Counted from the first letter of the stretch, positions 47,293 to 60,069 are shown. The stretch is DNA of 64,000 nt from Spirochaetota bacterium (GCA_025457965.1 JALOTJ010000001.1:1271-65270), one strand, 5' to 3'. Notes: generated from the letters alone by a model not told the origin. Numbers and translations are program-made.

Positions 47293-49422
47293 ATGAATTT
47301 CGCCGGTTTGTACGATATGCCCGCCACCGACATCGCCCGCCAGATGTATTTTAATGTTGGCGGCCCGCATGGCTTCATGCGCTGGGGCATATACATCTTC
47401 ATGTTCGCCGCGTTCATCTATCTCGGCATCACCCTTTACCGTAGAATCATGATCTGGAGACAGGGAGCCGGAGAGCTTCGCACGGATTTCCATGAAAAAA
47501 GGATCTACGCGTTTTTCAAGTACATCATTTTCCAGGCCAAGGTGCTGCGCGAATCCTACGCCGGCATCTTCCACGTAAGCCTCTTCTGGGGTTTTATCGG
47601 CCTCTTTATCGTGACGCTGATCATCGTGGTGCAGGAGGACTTCACCGAGCTCTTCTTCCACACCAAGTTCATCTACGGTAACTTCTACCTTATATGGTCT
47701 CTCGCAGGGGACCTTTTCGGGATGGTCGTTCTCCTTGGTCTCGGCATGGCGATCTACAGAAGATACAAGGTGAAACCCTCCCGGCTCGACAACAAGATGA
47801 TCGACACCTTCGCGCTCGCGCTGATCACGTTCATCATCCTTACCGGTTTTTTTAATGAAGCAATGCGCATAGCCATCACGGACTTCCCGGTCTTTGAGGT
47901 ATGGTCGCCCTTCGGCTACATCATGGCATACGCGTTTTCATGGATAGGCAAGCCGGCCCTCGAGACGATGCACTACGTCAACTGGTGGTTGCACATGGTT
48001 TCGGCCTTCTCCTTTATCGGCCTGGTCGGCTCCGACAAGCTGGGGCACGTTACCACCACCATGCTCAACGTCTATTTTCAAAACCTCGACAACGAAAACA
48101 CGAAGACCAAGTACTCGATGAAGCCCATCTCGCCCGAAACCTTCGAGACCGCCGAGTCGTTCGGCGTTGGTTCTGTCGAACAGTTCACCTGGAAACAGCT
48201 CATGGACGGCGACGCCTGCACCCGCTGCGGCCGCTGTCAGGACAACTGTCCGGCGTACCTCACCGAGAAGCCGCTTTCTCCGAAGAAAATTGTCAACGAC
48301 GTCAAGGCGGCCATGGACGAACGTGTACCGAAGCTCATGGAAGCGAAGAAGGCCGGCCAGGACGGCGCGGCCGTCGAGTCGAAGATGCTCATCGGTGAGC
48401 ACGTGCTCGACGATGAAATCTGGTCGTGCACCAACTGCGCCGCATGCGTGGAGAACTGCCCGGTGCAGATCGAACACATCAACAAGATCAACGACATGCG
48501 CCGCTACAAGATTCTCATGGAAGGCTCCATGGCGCCCGAGCTCCAGACGACGCTCTCCAACATGGAGAACAACTCGAACCCGTTCGGCTTCGGCTTCGCG
48601 GGACGGGGCGACTGGCTGCCCGCCGAGCTGGGAGTCAAGACGCTTTCCGAGGATCCCGAGGTCGATTACCTGTACTATGTAGGCTGCTACGCGTCCTTCG
48701 ACAAGCGCAACCAGAAGATCGGCATCGCGCTCATCAAGATACTCCAGAAGGCCGGTTACAAGGTCGGCATCCTCGGCGCCGAGGAGGCCTGCTGCGGCGA
48801 CGCCGCCATGCGCGCCGGAAACGAGTATCTCTTCCACGCGCTGGCAACCCAGAACCTCGAGATATTCAAGACCTACGGGGTGAAGAAAATCGTCACCACC
48901 TGCCCCCACGGCTATAACGTGATCAAGAAGGAATACGCGAAGTTCGCCAGGCTCGCCAAGGGCTCGGACGGCGCGCCCCTCGAGGCGAATTACGAGGTGT
49001 ACCATCACACCGAGATCATCGCCGACCTCATCAAGAAAGGCACGATCAGGCTGGTCGCGCCGCTCAACGAGACCGTCACCTATCACGACTCGTGCTTCCT
49101 CGGCCGCTACAACGATATCTACGCGGCGCCGCGCGACATCATCAAGGCGATACCCGGAACCAAGATCGTCGAGATGAGCCGCAACCACCATCGCAGTTTC
49201 TGCTGCGGAGCGGGCGGTGCGCGCATGTTCATCGAGGAACACCTCGGTACCAGGATAAACCAGTTCCGGACCAAGGACGCCCAGGCGACCGGGGCCACGA
49301 AAATAGCGACGGCATGCCCGTTCTGCCTGACCATGCTCTCGGACGGCGCGAACGAGCTCGACATTCAGAATCTACAGACCTTCGACCTCGCGGAATATGT
49401 CCTTAACGCGATGGAAAAATGA
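47293..49422 (+). CDS. Membrane-bound heterodisulfide-reductase-like Fe-S oxidoreductase: NarI/HdrE-like cytochrome b domain fused to an HdrD/GlpC-like domain
   Basis: Five TM helices with conserved His at the N-terminus. CTRCGRCQDNCP and CTNCAACVENCP are 4Fe-4S ferredoxin motifs. Two CCG-type domains (YVGCY, CCGDA; HDSC, CCGAGG). RBS GGAGGA. Confidence 0.85.
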   Translation: MNFAGLYDMPATDIARQMYFNVGGPHGFMRWGIYIFMFAAFIYLGITLYRRIMIWRQGAGELRTDFHEKRIYAFFKYIIFQAKVLRESYAGIFHVSLFWGFIGLFIVTLIIVVQEDFTELFFHTKFIYGNFYLIWSLAGDLFGMVVLLGLGMAIYRRYKVKPSRLDNKMIDTFALALITFIILTGFFNEAMRIAITDFPVFEVWSPFGYIMAYAFSWIGKPALETMHYVNWWLHMVSAFSFIGLVGSDKLGHVTTTMLNVYFQNLDNENTKTKYSMKPISPETFETAESFGVGSVEQFTWKQLMDGDACTRCGRCQDNCPAYLTEKPLSPKKIVNDVKAAMDERVPKLMEAKKAGQDGAAVESKMLIGEHVLDDEIWSCTNCAACVENCPVQIEHINKINDMRRYKILMEGSMAPELQTTLSNMENNSNPFGFGFAGRGDWLPAELGVKTLSEDPEVDYLYYVGCYASFDKRNQKIGIALIKILQKAGYKVGILGAEEACCGDAAMRAGNEYLFHALATQNLEIFKTYGVKKIVTTCPHGYNVIKKEYAKFARLAKGSDGAPLEANYEVYHHTEIIADLIKKGTIRLVAPLNETVTYHDSCFLGRYNDIYAAPRDIIKAIPGTKIVEMSRNHHRSFCCGAGGARMFIEEHLGTRINQFRTKDAQATGATKIATACPFCLTMLSDGANELDIQNLQTFDLAEYVLNAMEK

Positions 49423-49503
49423 TTCAGCGTATTCACGCCCGTCCGGCATGGCCGGACGGGCAGTCTTTACAAATAAAAACTAATGGTAAAGGAGTGACTC
49501 ACT

Positions 49504-51855
<2,352 letters not shown>

Positions 51856-51963
51856 GATTGTTCATCGTTGAATCGTCTTGGAAGGCGGGGCCCTCATGCT
51901 CCGCCTTCCCTGTTTTAAACGGTGTGCTTTAATGTTCTCTTTTGCCACAGGCGGAGGTTTGCG

Positions 51964-52224
51964 ATGTTCGAAGCATTAATGCTTGTCTGTTTCGGGGCGT
52001 CCTGGCCGGCGTCCATTTATAAATCCGTCAAATTGAAGGACGTGCGGGGAAAGTCGAAGCTGTTCCTCTGGCTCGTGTTGACCGGTTATTGTTTCGGGAT
52101 CGCCAATAAAATCATCAATGGAATCGACTGGGTGATCATCTTTTATGTCGCGGTCGGACTGCTGGTGCTGGCCGACCTTGTTCTTTATTATTACTACTCA
52201 TCACGTCCCGGCAGCCAGCGCTGA
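51964..52224 (+). CDS. Small 3-TM membrane protein, possibly SemiSWEET/PQ-loop-like
   Basis: 86 aa. FGASWPASIYKSVKLKDVRGKS resembles the PQ-loop segment (PQiikiyktKS) with Q replaced by A. Three hydrophobic helices. The track ORF starts earlier, at 51922. Confidence 0.4.
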   Translation: MFEALMLVCFGASWPASIYKSVKLKDVRGKSKLFLWLVLTGYCFGIANKIINGIDWVIIFYVAVGLLVLADLVLYYYYSSRPGSQR

Positions 52225-52231
52225 GGCGCTG

Positions 52232-52975
52232 TTATCCCCTCAGCGCTCTCTTGCGGTAACGATCGAGTTCAGCCTTGAACAGTTTGGTTATTCCCGCGAG
52301 GTCCTGAAACTTCTTAACAGTGAAAAACGCCTTTATGATTTCCTTTATTTTAGTGTCGTCGTTCAGCTCCGCGACTTGCCTTTGTTTTGCGTTGAATACA
52401 TCGTCGCAATGCGCGAATATCCCCCGGATGACGGTCTCCGCGGGTGCCCCGGGCGGATTGAGCGGAAGCCCCGTTTTTCGGTGAATGTTCTTTAAAATAA
52501 GGGCGACGAGCGTGATAACCTTCCTCGATCGGTCTGCCGCCCTGTCGGTCATTATCTTTTGAAAGGCGTCGATAATGAGCAGATTCCGGTTTTTTACTTT
52601 TTGAAGAAGCTCCTCCCGGACGTCGGGGGGAAGCTTGTTAAATGCCGGCGGATGATGCGAATAAAAGGACTTCAGGTAATCGGCGGTAATCATGATCCTG
52701 CCGCCGAGCGAATCGTTGATCGAATCCCCTTCGATAAATGCCCGAAGCCGGTCCATGTCGATTTCAATAAGGGATCGGTACTCGCCAAGGAAATCCGGAA
52801 GCGCCATGTTTTCAATGAGGTACGCTATTTTCTTGCTGTCGTATACATCACTCCTGAAAAAGTAGTCGACCAGAAGCTGCCTGAACATCTCCTTCGCGTT
52901 TCCCGCAAGGTCGGGATTTTCCTCCATCTGGATGCAGATGTCGATGAGATTGTGGAACGTCTCTTTTCTGGCCAT
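52232..52975 (-). CDS. Hypothetical protein
   Basis: 247 aa ORF, alpha-helical composition, no family recognised. Confidence 0.5.
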   Translation of the reverse strand: MARKETFHNLIDICIQMEENPDLAGNAKEMFRQLLVDYFFRSDVYDSKKIAYLIENMALPDFLGEYRSLIEIDMDRLRAFIEGDSINDSLGGRIMITADYLKSFYSHHPPAFNKLPPDVREELLQKVKNRNLLIIDAFQKIMTDRAADRSRKVITLVALILKNIHRKTGLPLNPPGAPAETVIRGIFAHCDDVFNAKQRQVAELNDDTKIKEIIKAFFTVKKFQDLAGITKLFKAELDRYRKRALRG

Positions 52976-53174
52976 CTACCTTCCTTCCCCTTACACCTAT
53001 ACACGCGGTTCACGAAATGATCAAGAAATTTGTTTCATGTCGTTGAAAACTCGATTGACAATCAACAGCCGTCATGGTGCTGAATAGATTGTCGAATGAA
53101 TATTTGCTTTTTTTAAAGCATTTTTCATTCAACGCGAACCGTTATTCTCGCCCTCGGCGCCGGACGGTGCAGGC

Positions 53175-53996
53175 ATGATAAACAGAATTTTACAGACGAA
53201 AGAAAACATCGAACTGGACATACTGTCAGATTTCAACGACGACACCGTCCTGACTTTCGTCATTGAATCGCTCCGGCACGAGACGGATTCCCCGTATTCG
53301 GTCCTGCTCGAGACGATCTTCCATTATGCCACATCGGAAGACCGCGCCAAAGCCCTCTGGGACAGCATTACCGAGAATCGCACAGAGCTTTCCCGCAGTC
53401 TTGGCAGGCCGGTGAGCCTGAAAACCGCCGTCGTCGACCACTTCAGCACAACGGGCATGGACGTTGCCGTTTTTATCAAAGACAGCATGGCCGGTATCAT
53501 CGAGGCCGCGACGCACGATGGTCTTACCGGCGTCTTTACCCACGAATATATCGACAACGATCTCGACCGTGAATTCCAGAGGGCCAGGCGCTACTCGCTT
53601 CCCCTTTCGGTCCTTTTCATCGATATTGACAACTTTAAACGTTTCAATGATCTCTACGGCCACAAGGTCGGGGACCGGGTACTCGCCATGGTCGGTTCCA
53701 CCCTGAGGCAGTACGTACGCAAAATCGACTCGGTCGGCCGCTATGGCGGCGAGGAGTTCCTGGTGGTCCTGCCTCATACCGCCAGGCAGAACGCCATGAA
53801 GATCGCCCGGAAAATATCCAGGGCAATAAAGGAAATCACCTCGAAGGGAGGCGAACTGCCCGAGGGAGTCACCGTGAGCGTCGGCGTCGCGGAGCTCGAC
53901 CAGTCGATGAAAGACAGTTTCGTGCTCCTGGACCTGGCCGATAAGGCGATGTACAAGGCCAAGCTGCAGGGTAAGGACCGCTGTTGCGCCGGCTGA
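53175..53996 (+). CDS. GGDEF-domain diguanylate cyclase with an N-terminal helical domain
   Basis: RYGGEEFLVVLP is the GGEEF active site. LFIDIDNFKRFND. Confidence 0.85.
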   Translation: MINRILQTKENIELDILSDFNDDTVLTFVIESLRHETDSPYSVLLETIFHYATSEDRAKALWDSITENRTELSRSLGRPVSLKTAVVDHFSTTGMDVAVFIKDSMAGIIEAATHDGLTGVFTHEYIDNDLDREFQRARRYSLPLSVLFIDIDNFKRFNDLYGHKVGDRVLAMVGSTLRQYVRKIDSVGRYGGEEFLVVLPHTARQNAMKIARKISRAIKEITSKGGELPEGVTVSVGVAELDQSMKDSFVLLDLADKAMYKAKLQGKDRCCAG

Positions 53997-53998
53997 GG

Positions 53999-55006
53999 TC
54001 AGACCCGGGCGCTTACATCGATATCAAGCGGACTGTAGAGTCCCTTGCGGTAATAGCGGTACCCGATCCCCGCGACCATAGCCGCGTTGTCCGTGCAGAG
54101 CACCGGTGACGCGATGATGACTTCCTCGCCCTCCTCCCGTGCCCCGGCAAGCAGCTCCCGCAATCTCGCGTTGGCCGCCACCCCTCCCGCCACAACGATC
54201 CTGTTAATGCCGAATTCCCTGGAGGCCGCGAAAACACGCCGGACCAGTATCTCCAGTGCCCGTTCCTGGAACGAGTAGACCAGCTCACACCTGTCGGCCC
54301 GGGGATTCGCGCGCCAGTACTGTATGACGGCGGTCTTGAGCCCGCTGTAGGAAAAACGATAATCGCCGCCACCCGGTTCGGGCAGTATTTTCGGAAACAG
54401 CTTTTTCTTTAATACGGCCGTTCGGGCCATGCGTTCCACGACCGGACCGCCGGGATACCCAAGATCGAGCAATTTGGCGATCTTGTCGAAGGCCTCGCCG
54501 ACGGCGTCATCGACCGTCTTGCCGATAAGGGTAAAATCGGCGACCCCGCGTACCTGATACAATGCCGTGTTGCCGCCGGAAACCAGCAGACCGATATACG
54601 GGTAGACCGGCTCTCTTCCTTCGAGGAACGGCGCGTAAAGGTGCGCCTCGAGGTGGTTTACCGCGATCAGCGGGATGTTCATGGCATAGGAGATCGCCTT
54701 GGCCGACTGCAGGGCAATGAGCAGGGAACCGGTCAGGCCAGGTCGCTGGGTTGCCGCGACATAGCCGAGGTCCGCGAAGCTTACGCCCGCCTCGCGAAGA
54801 GCCCCGTCCACAAGGCCGTTGACTGTTTCCAGGTGCGCGCGCGAGGCTATTTCGGGCACCACACCGAAGTAAGCCTGATGAAGGTCTATCTGGCTGTAGA
54901 TAAGGTTTGAGAGAATATCCCGTCCATTCCGCACGACCGAAACCGACGTTTCATCGCACGAGCTCTCAAGTCCCAGGCCCAGCGTGTCACGATTCTTTGC
55001 CGACAA
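53999..55006 (-). CDS. tsaD: tRNA N6-adenosine threonylcarbamoyltransferase TsaD
   Basis: LGLESSCDETSVSVV, HLEAHLYAP and Kae1/YgjD fold. TTG start. Overlaps the upstream protease gene by 20 nt. Confidence 0.88.
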   Translation of the reverse strand: MSAKNRDTLGLGLESSCDETSVSVVRNGRDILSNLIYSQIDLHQAYFGVVPEIASRAHLETVNGLVDGALREAGVSFADLGYVAATQRPGLTGSLLIALQSAKAISYAMNIPLIAVNHLEAHLYAPFLEGREPVYPYIGLLVSGGNTALYQVRGVADFTLIGKTVDDAVGEAFDKIAKLLDLGYPGGPVVERMARTAVLKKKLFPKILPEPGGGDYRFSYSGLKTAVIQYWRANPRADRCELVYSFQERALEILVRRVFAASREFGINRIVVAGGVAANARLRELLAGAREEGEEVIIASPVLCTDNAAMVAGIGYRYYRKGLYSPLDIDVSARV

Positions 55007-56357
55007 CTTCTATCGCCTTTTTAAGCTGCGAGTCGAACTCGAGGTCAAACAGCGGCTGCTTCGAAAACCGGTAAATCTCGCTTTTTAGTATGTAATTGGC
55101 GCTTCTCTCGCTGATCGGGAGGTTGTGGCCCTTCAGAAATACCATGAATTCCTTTCTGTTTTCCGGTGTATAGCCCTTGTGCGTGTTTAAAAACGCGTCG
55201 ACCAGTTTTTCCCTGTAGATCGCGTTGACGTTTTTACGATCGTCCTCGGGAAAGCTTTCGGACGACACGACGAAATCCGGCTCGATGCCCTTGCCGTGTA
55301 TGGAAACCCCGGATGGCGTGTAATACTTGGCGATGGTCAGGGCAAGTCCTATCTTTTCGTTGAGGTTGTACGATTTCTGTACCGAGCCCTTCCCGAACGT
55401 CTTTTCGCCGACGAGTTTACCGCGCCTGTTGTCCTTTATCGCCCCGGCAAAAATCTCCGAGGCCGACGCGCTTCCCTTGTTAACGAGCACCACGAGCCCT
55501 CCCTTGTACAGCGTGGGCTTATCCGCAAGATACTCCTTGAAATTGCCAGTACCCTCGCGCCCGCGAGTCGAGACGATCATCTTCCCCTTGTCCAGGAAAA
55601 GCTCCGTCATTGAGATGGCCTGGTCGAGCAGGCCTCCCGGGTTCCATCGCAGGTCAACGATGACACGCCGTATACCCCTGGAATTTAAATCGCCAAGGGC
55701 CTTCTCGATTTCCCTCGAGGTGTCCGAACTGAAGGTCTTGACCTTGATGTAACCGGTATCGTGGTCTTTAAGAACATCGTAACTCACCGCATCTATTTTT
55801 ATGGGCATCCGCTCGAGGTCGAAGGTGATCGGATCATCGAACCCTTCGCGCACAACGGTCAGCTTCACCTTCGTATGCGGAAGTCCTCGGATCAGTTTTA
55901 TGATTTCCGGGAGGCTTTTGTCTTTGAGATCACTCGTGTCGATCTTCGTTATTTTGTCGCCGGCCTTTATGCCCGCCTTCATGGCGGGAGTATCGTTGAT
56001 GGGAGAGATTACGACGATCGCGCCGTCCTTCACGGTGATTTCGATTCCAACTCCCACGAACTTGCCGGTAGTCTCTTCTTTCAGTTCGGCGAAATCCTCC
56101 TCGTTGAGGAAGCGCGTAAACGGGTCGTTGAGGGCCTGAAGCATGCCCCTGATCGCGCCGTAAAACAGGTTCTTGGTCTCGACGGTGTCGACATATTCCG
56201 TGCGCACGATCTGGTAGACCTGGTGGAAATAATCAAGATAGCTGTGGGCCGGCTCGAGTGCCTCAGCCTTAAACGAGAGGTTTACCCCGAGAAAAAGGCC
56301 CGTGAGGAAAGCGAGTATCGTGAAGTGCAGACTGCGCTCGCGGATTTTTTTAAACAT
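54987..56357 (-). CDS. Carboxyl-terminal processing protease (S41 family, PDZ domain)
   Basis: N-terminal TM helix. PDZ (ISPINDTPAMKAGIKAGDKITKID). S41 core (VVLVNKGSASASEIFAGA, GKGSVQ). RBS GGGGGACGG. Confidence 0.9.
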   Translation of the reverse strand: MFKKIRERSLHFTILAFLTGLFLGVNLSFKAEALEPAHSYLDYFHQVYQIVRTEYVDTVETKNLFYGAIRGMLQALNDPFTRFLNEEDFAELKEETTGKFVGVGIEITVKDGAIVVISPINDTPAMKAGIKAGDKITKIDTSDLKDKSLPEIIKLIRGLPHTKVKLTVVREGFDDPITFDLERMPIKIDAVSYDVLKDHDTGYIKVKTFSSDTSREIEKALGDLNSRGIRRVIVDLRWNPGGLLDQAISMTELFLDKGKMIVSTRGREGTGNFKEYLADKPTLYKGGLVVLVNKGSASASEIFAGAIKDNRRGKLVGEKTFGKGSVQKSYNLNEKIGLALTIAKYYTPSGVSIHGKGIEPDFVVSSESFPEDDRKNVNAIYREKLVDAFLNTHKGYTPENRKEFMVFLKGHNLPISERSANYILKSEIYRFSKQPLFDLEFDSQLKKAIEVVGKES

Positions 56358-56377
56358 ACCGTCCCCCGATATAGATC

Positions 56378-56650
56378 CTAACGCCTCTGAAATATTTTTT
56401 CGTGTTTTTCTTTCTGCTCGACGGCCATATAGCTTTTCAGGTTCTCGTAATCGATTCCGTGCCTCGCGGCGGTCTCCCTGAAGAGGGTTTCCCTCTGTGA
56501 AATCGACTGCTTCTCGTCGAAGCCTTCTTCAAATTCACGCTGGAGGTAATCAGTCCAGACGGCCGCAAAATCCTTTTCGGTCACCGGCTCAACGGCACAG
56601 GCCTGGAAAATAAAGAATGCACACAGATATAAAACTGAAAATCGTTTCAC
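56378..56650 (-). CDS. Small lipoprotein/secreted protein, hypothetical
   Basis: GTG start with RBS GGGAG. VKRFSVLYLCAFFIFQAC is a signal peptide with a lipobox-like FQAC. The longer ORF in the track to 56761 lacks an RBS. Confidence 0.45.
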   Translation of the reverse strand: MKRFSVLYLCAFFIFQACAVEPVTEKDFAAVWTDYLQREFEEGFDEKQSISQRETLFRETAARHGIDYENLKSYMAVEQKEKHEKIFQRR

Positions 56651-56727
56651 GCTGATCTCCCGAATGTCGCGATCGGATTTATGGTACAAATCGGCAGGAA
56701 GGATTGTCGCCCGGCAGTCGTACCCTG

Positions 56728-57354
56728 TCAATGAATTAAATCGACCGCCTCCCCGGCGCACCGGTTGAGTATCTTTGCCGCAAAATCAGTGAGTATGCGG
56801 GCCGTCATCCCCCATATCTCGAAGTTTTTATAATAATAATGATAGACGTTGTACATGTGGCCCTCGAATTCGACCTGCTGCACTTTCGCGAATTCCCGGT
56901 TCGCGAAAATTGAAAGCGGCACCTCCACGTAGTCCTCGATTTCGTCACGGTTGATGGCATACTCATAGGGATGTGTGATGACGCCGATGTAGCTTAGCAC
57001 GTGGAAACCGGCGATCGAAATGAAGTCGTCGAAGCGCCCAAGCACATCCACGTCGGCAGAACGCACGCCCACCTCCTCCTCGGTCTCGCGAAGCGCCGTG
57101 CGGAGAAAATCGCCGTCGCTTTCATCATACCCCCCGCCGGGCAGCGCCATCTGCCCCTTGTGCGTGCCGACCTTTTCCGTCCTTTTGGTCAGCAGAACAT
57201 TCGCCTCTCCTTCCTTGTTCATGATGAGGATCATCACCGCCGCGGGGCGGAGGGCCCTTTTTTGAATCGCGCGCGGCGAGTGAGCGGAGAGCCGTTGCCG
57301 CAGATCTTCCTTGAAAGCGTTGAAATCATCTTCGCTTTGAAAGTTCATTTTCAT
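56728..57354 (-). CDS. NUDIX hydrolase (CoA pyrophosphatase-like)
   Basis: LPGGGYDESDGDFLRTALRETEEEVGV is the Nudix box. ATG at 57354 has RBS GGTGGAG. Confidence 0.8.
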   Translation of the reverse strand: MKMNFQSEDDFNAFKEDLRQRLSAHSPRAIQKRALRPAAVMILIMNKEGEANVLLTKRTEKVGTHKGQMALPGGGYDESDGDFLRTALRETEEEVGVRSADVDVLGRFDDFISIAGFHVLSYIGVITHPYEYAINRDEIEDYVEVPLSIFANREFAKVQQVEFEGHMYNVYHYYYKNFEIWGMTARILTDFAAKILNRCAGEAVDLIH

Positions 57355-57874
57355 ACAGGTCTCCACCATAAATATCATTGATAAGGATAGCAGGGAATTC
57401 AACGACCTCAATCCGGTAGACCGCCTCCGGCCCCAGTTCCGCGAAGGCCAGCACCTCTGACGACACGATCCTCCTCGCGAGATACGCGCCCGCGCCGCCG
57501 AACGAACTGAAATATACCGCTCCGCCTTCCATCATGACAGCGCGCGCCTCGGCGGATCTTTTACCCTTGCCGATAAAGCCTTTGATCCCGGCAGCGCACA
57601 TCGTCCCGGTAAACGGATCCATCCGGTATGACGTAGTGGGGCCGGCCGAGCCGATCGCCCGGCCGGGCGGCGCCGGGCTTGGCCCCATGAAGTAAATAAC
57701 CTGGCCCCGGGGATCGAACGGCAGGCCTTCCCCGTTATCAATCATGCCGCGCAGGCGCTCGTGCGCCCTGTCGCGCGCCACGTAAAGCGCGCCCGAGAAA
57801 AGCACCGCGTCGCCCGCGCGAAGCGGTCTGACCGCCTCCTCGTCGAGCGGGGTGGCGAGATGTATCCACTTCAC
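57326..57874 (-). CDS. Class I fumarate hydratase/tartrate dehydratase beta subunit (Fe-S hydro-lyase C-terminal domain)
   Basis: FumA/TtdB C-domain (GDAVLFSGALYVARD; GPTTSYRMDPF). ATGA overlap with the alpha-subunit gene. Confidence 0.85.
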   Translation of the reverse strand: MKWIHLATPLDEEAVRPLRAGDAVLFSGALYVARDRAHERLRGMIDNGEGLPFDPRGQVIYFMGPSPAPPGRAIGSAGPTTSYRMDPFTGTMCAAGIKGFIGKGKRSAEARAVMMEGGAVYFSSFGGAGAYLARRIVSSEVLAFAELGPEAVYRIEVVEFPAILINDIYGGDLYENELSKRR

Positions 57875-58749
57875 AGCACGGCCTCCGCGTAGCGCAGCGA
57901 ATGGCAGTTGAGGTTGAGCGCGACGGGAAGCGTGGCGATATGGGTCGGAGCCTCTTTAATGTACACCGCTGCCGCGGTGGAAGCCCCGCCGAAGCCAAGG
58001 GGGCCCACTCCCGTGGCGTTAAGGCGCTCGAGGATCCGTCGCTCGAGATCGGCATAGGAGGGGTTCGCGTGGCGGCTCCCGATGCCGCGCAGCACCGCCC
58101 GCTTTGCATTCACGAGCGCCACGTCCGCCGTGCCGCCGATACCGACGCCCAGGAAAAGCGGCGGACACGGATTCGGCCCGGCTTCGATAACGCATGCCTC
58201 GATATGGTCTATTATGTCTTCCGTGGTGGCGGTCGGCCTGAACATCTTCAGGAAGCTCATGTTTTCCGAGCCGCCACCTTTCAGGTATACCGTAATGCCG
58301 ATTCTATCGCCGGGGACTATCTCGGTATGGAGGAAACAGGGAGTATTGGTCCCCGTATTTTTACGCACCAGCGGATCGCCGACAACCGACTTGCGCAGGT
58401 ACAGCCGTTGGTAGGCATCGCGCACGCCCGCGTCAACCGCGTCGTGCAGATGATCCCCCTCGAGCGACACGTCCTGCCCGATGTCGCAAAAGACGATCGC
58501 CACGCCGCAGTCCTGGCACAGCGGAAGCCGGTCGGCCGCGGCAATGTCCGCGTTCTCGACAAGCACGCCCAGCGCGTGCCGTGCCGTCTCGGACTTCTCC
58601 CGCTCCCGCATGGCCGCGTACAACTCCACGACCCCGGACGGCATCCCGAAGCTGGCCCGGCCCACCAGTTCCGACACCGTCCGGCCGATGAGGTCTACCG
58701 AAACGGGACGTTTAGGCGCCATTCCGTCTCCCCGCCGCGCCGTCGTCAT
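57871..58749 (-). CDS. Class I fumarate hydratase/tartrate dehydratase alpha subunit (Fe-S hydro-lyase N-terminal domain)
   Basis: LPLCQDCGVAIVF is the 4Fe-4S ligand motif of class I fumarase. Start at 58749 or 58722; both overlap the hypC 3' end. Confidence 0.85.
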   Translation of the reverse strand: MTTARRGDGMAPKRPVSVDLIGRTVSELVGRASFGMPSGVVELYAAMREREKSETARHALGVLVENADIAAADRLPLCQDCGVAIVFCDIGQDVSLEGDHLHDAVDAGVRDAYQRLYLRKSVVGDPLVRKNTGTNTPCFLHTEIVPGDRIGITVYLKGGGSENMSFLKMFRPTATTEDIIDHIEACVIEAGPNPCPPLFLGVGIGGTADVALVNAKRAVLRGIGSRHANPSYADLERRILERLNATGVGPLGFGGASTAAAVYIKEAPTHIATLPVALNLNCHSLRYAEAVL

Positions 58750-58966
58750 TCATGACACGGTGATACTCATCCCAGGCGGCCTCTATCTCGCGGGCGGATT
58801 CCGGGTCGAGCTTTTCGATAACGAAGCCCGCGTGAATGATCACCTTGTCACCGACCACGACATCGGGCGTCATGGCGATATCAACGTATTTTTCAACGCC
58901 GTACGCCTCGGCGAGAGCGCGTGTACCCTCTATGCTTTTAACCGTCATTGGGATCGCAAGGCACAT
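58712..58966 (-). CDS. hypC: Hydrogenase maturation factor HypC/HybG
   Basis: The real start gives MCLAIPMTVKSIEG, the canonical MCLAIP N-terminus, with RBS AAGGAGAG. The longer ORF in the track to 58993 is rejected. Confidence 0.85.
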   Translation of the reverse strand: MCLAIPMTVKSIEGTRALAEAYGVEKYVDIAMTPDVVVGDKVIIHAGFVIEKLDPESAREIEAAWDEYHRVMNDDGAAGRRNGA

Positions 58967-59067
58967 GGAGCATCTCTCCTTTTCCGATGTCATTTCGCAA
59001 GTGAGGACTGTACGCTTCCACTACCGGAGTATAGCATATCGTCATATTCCGTGCGTTCCGCCGCGCT

Positions 59068-60069
59068 CTAGCATATTCGCGGCAGTTGTTCTTCTATTAA
59101 CAGGGGCAGAATGCGTCTTCCGCCGGTAGGTGTTTCAAGATAGGCCCTGCCGGGATAGGTGTCGCTTACGGTTCCGATGACCGCGGCATCCTTTCCTTCA
59201 GGATGCGATCGCATCAGATCGACGATTCCTCCGGCCTCCTCCCCGCGCACCACCATGAGCACCTTCCCCTCGTTCGCCGCGTAGAGCGGATCGATGCCGA
59301 GCATCCCGGAAACACCCTTCACCTCATCGCGCAGCGGCAGGCTCGTTTCGGCCAGACCGATGCCGAAATCCATTCCCTGAACGATCTCGTTCAGCACCGA
59401 GGCAACCCCGCCCCGCGTGGGATCGCGCATAAACTTGACACTCTCCGGGAACGCCGCAAGCACTTTGTCGACAAGCCGGTTCATCGGCGCGCAGTCCGAG
59501 ACGAGTCCCCGGCTGAAGCTCAGATCGTTGCGGAGCGCCATAATGGCGATACCGTGGTCGCCGATGAAGCCGCTGATAATGACCGCGTCTCCGGGCACGA
59601 TCGGCCGACGCTGCACCGCTCTCTCAAGTATACCAATACCCGCCGTATTAATAAATATTTTATCGGCCTTGCCCCTCTCCACGACCTTCGTATCGCCGGT
59701 TACGATCGAAACGCCGGCGCGGTCCGCCGCGCCCCTCATCGAAATCAGGATCCTCTCGAGCACTGCCGTTTCCAGCCCCTCCTCCAGAATCAGGGCGCAG
59801 CTCAGGTAGAGCGGCCGCGCACCCATCACCGCGAGGTCGTTCACCGTGCCGTTGACGGCGAGCGATCCGATCGTTCCGCCGGGAAACTCTATCGGCGTAA
59901 TGGTGAAGGTGTCGGTGGTGAAGGCGATCTTCCCGGCACCGACGGAGAGCACCGCCGAGTCGTCCAGCTGCACGCTCTCCGGCCCCAGTACGCGACGGAT
60001 CAATCCGCCGATCATCTCGTTCATGAGCTTTCCGCCGCTGCCGTGCCCCGAAAGTATCCGGTCCGCCAT
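59068..60069 (-). CDS. hypE: Hydrogenase maturation protein HypE
   Basis: AIR-synthase-related fold. SGHGSGGKLM N-terminal motif. TAATG 1-nt overlap with hypD. Confidence 0.9.
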   Translation of the reverse strand: MADRILSGHGSGGKLMNEMIGGLIRRVLGPESVQLDDSAVLSVGAGKIAFTTDTFTITPIEFPGGTIGSLAVNGTVNDLAVMGARPLYLSCALILEEGLETAVLERILISMRGAADRAGVSIVTGDTKVVERGKADKIFINTAGIGILERAVQRRPIVPGDAVIISGFIGDHGIAIMALRNDLSFSRGLVSDCAPMNRLVDKVLAAFPESVKFMRDPTRGGVASVLNEIVQGMDFGIGLAETSLPLRDEVKGVSGMLGIDPLYAANEGKVLMVVRGEEAGGIVDLMRSHPEGKDAAVIGTVSDTYPGRAYLETPTGGRRILPLLIEEQLPRIC

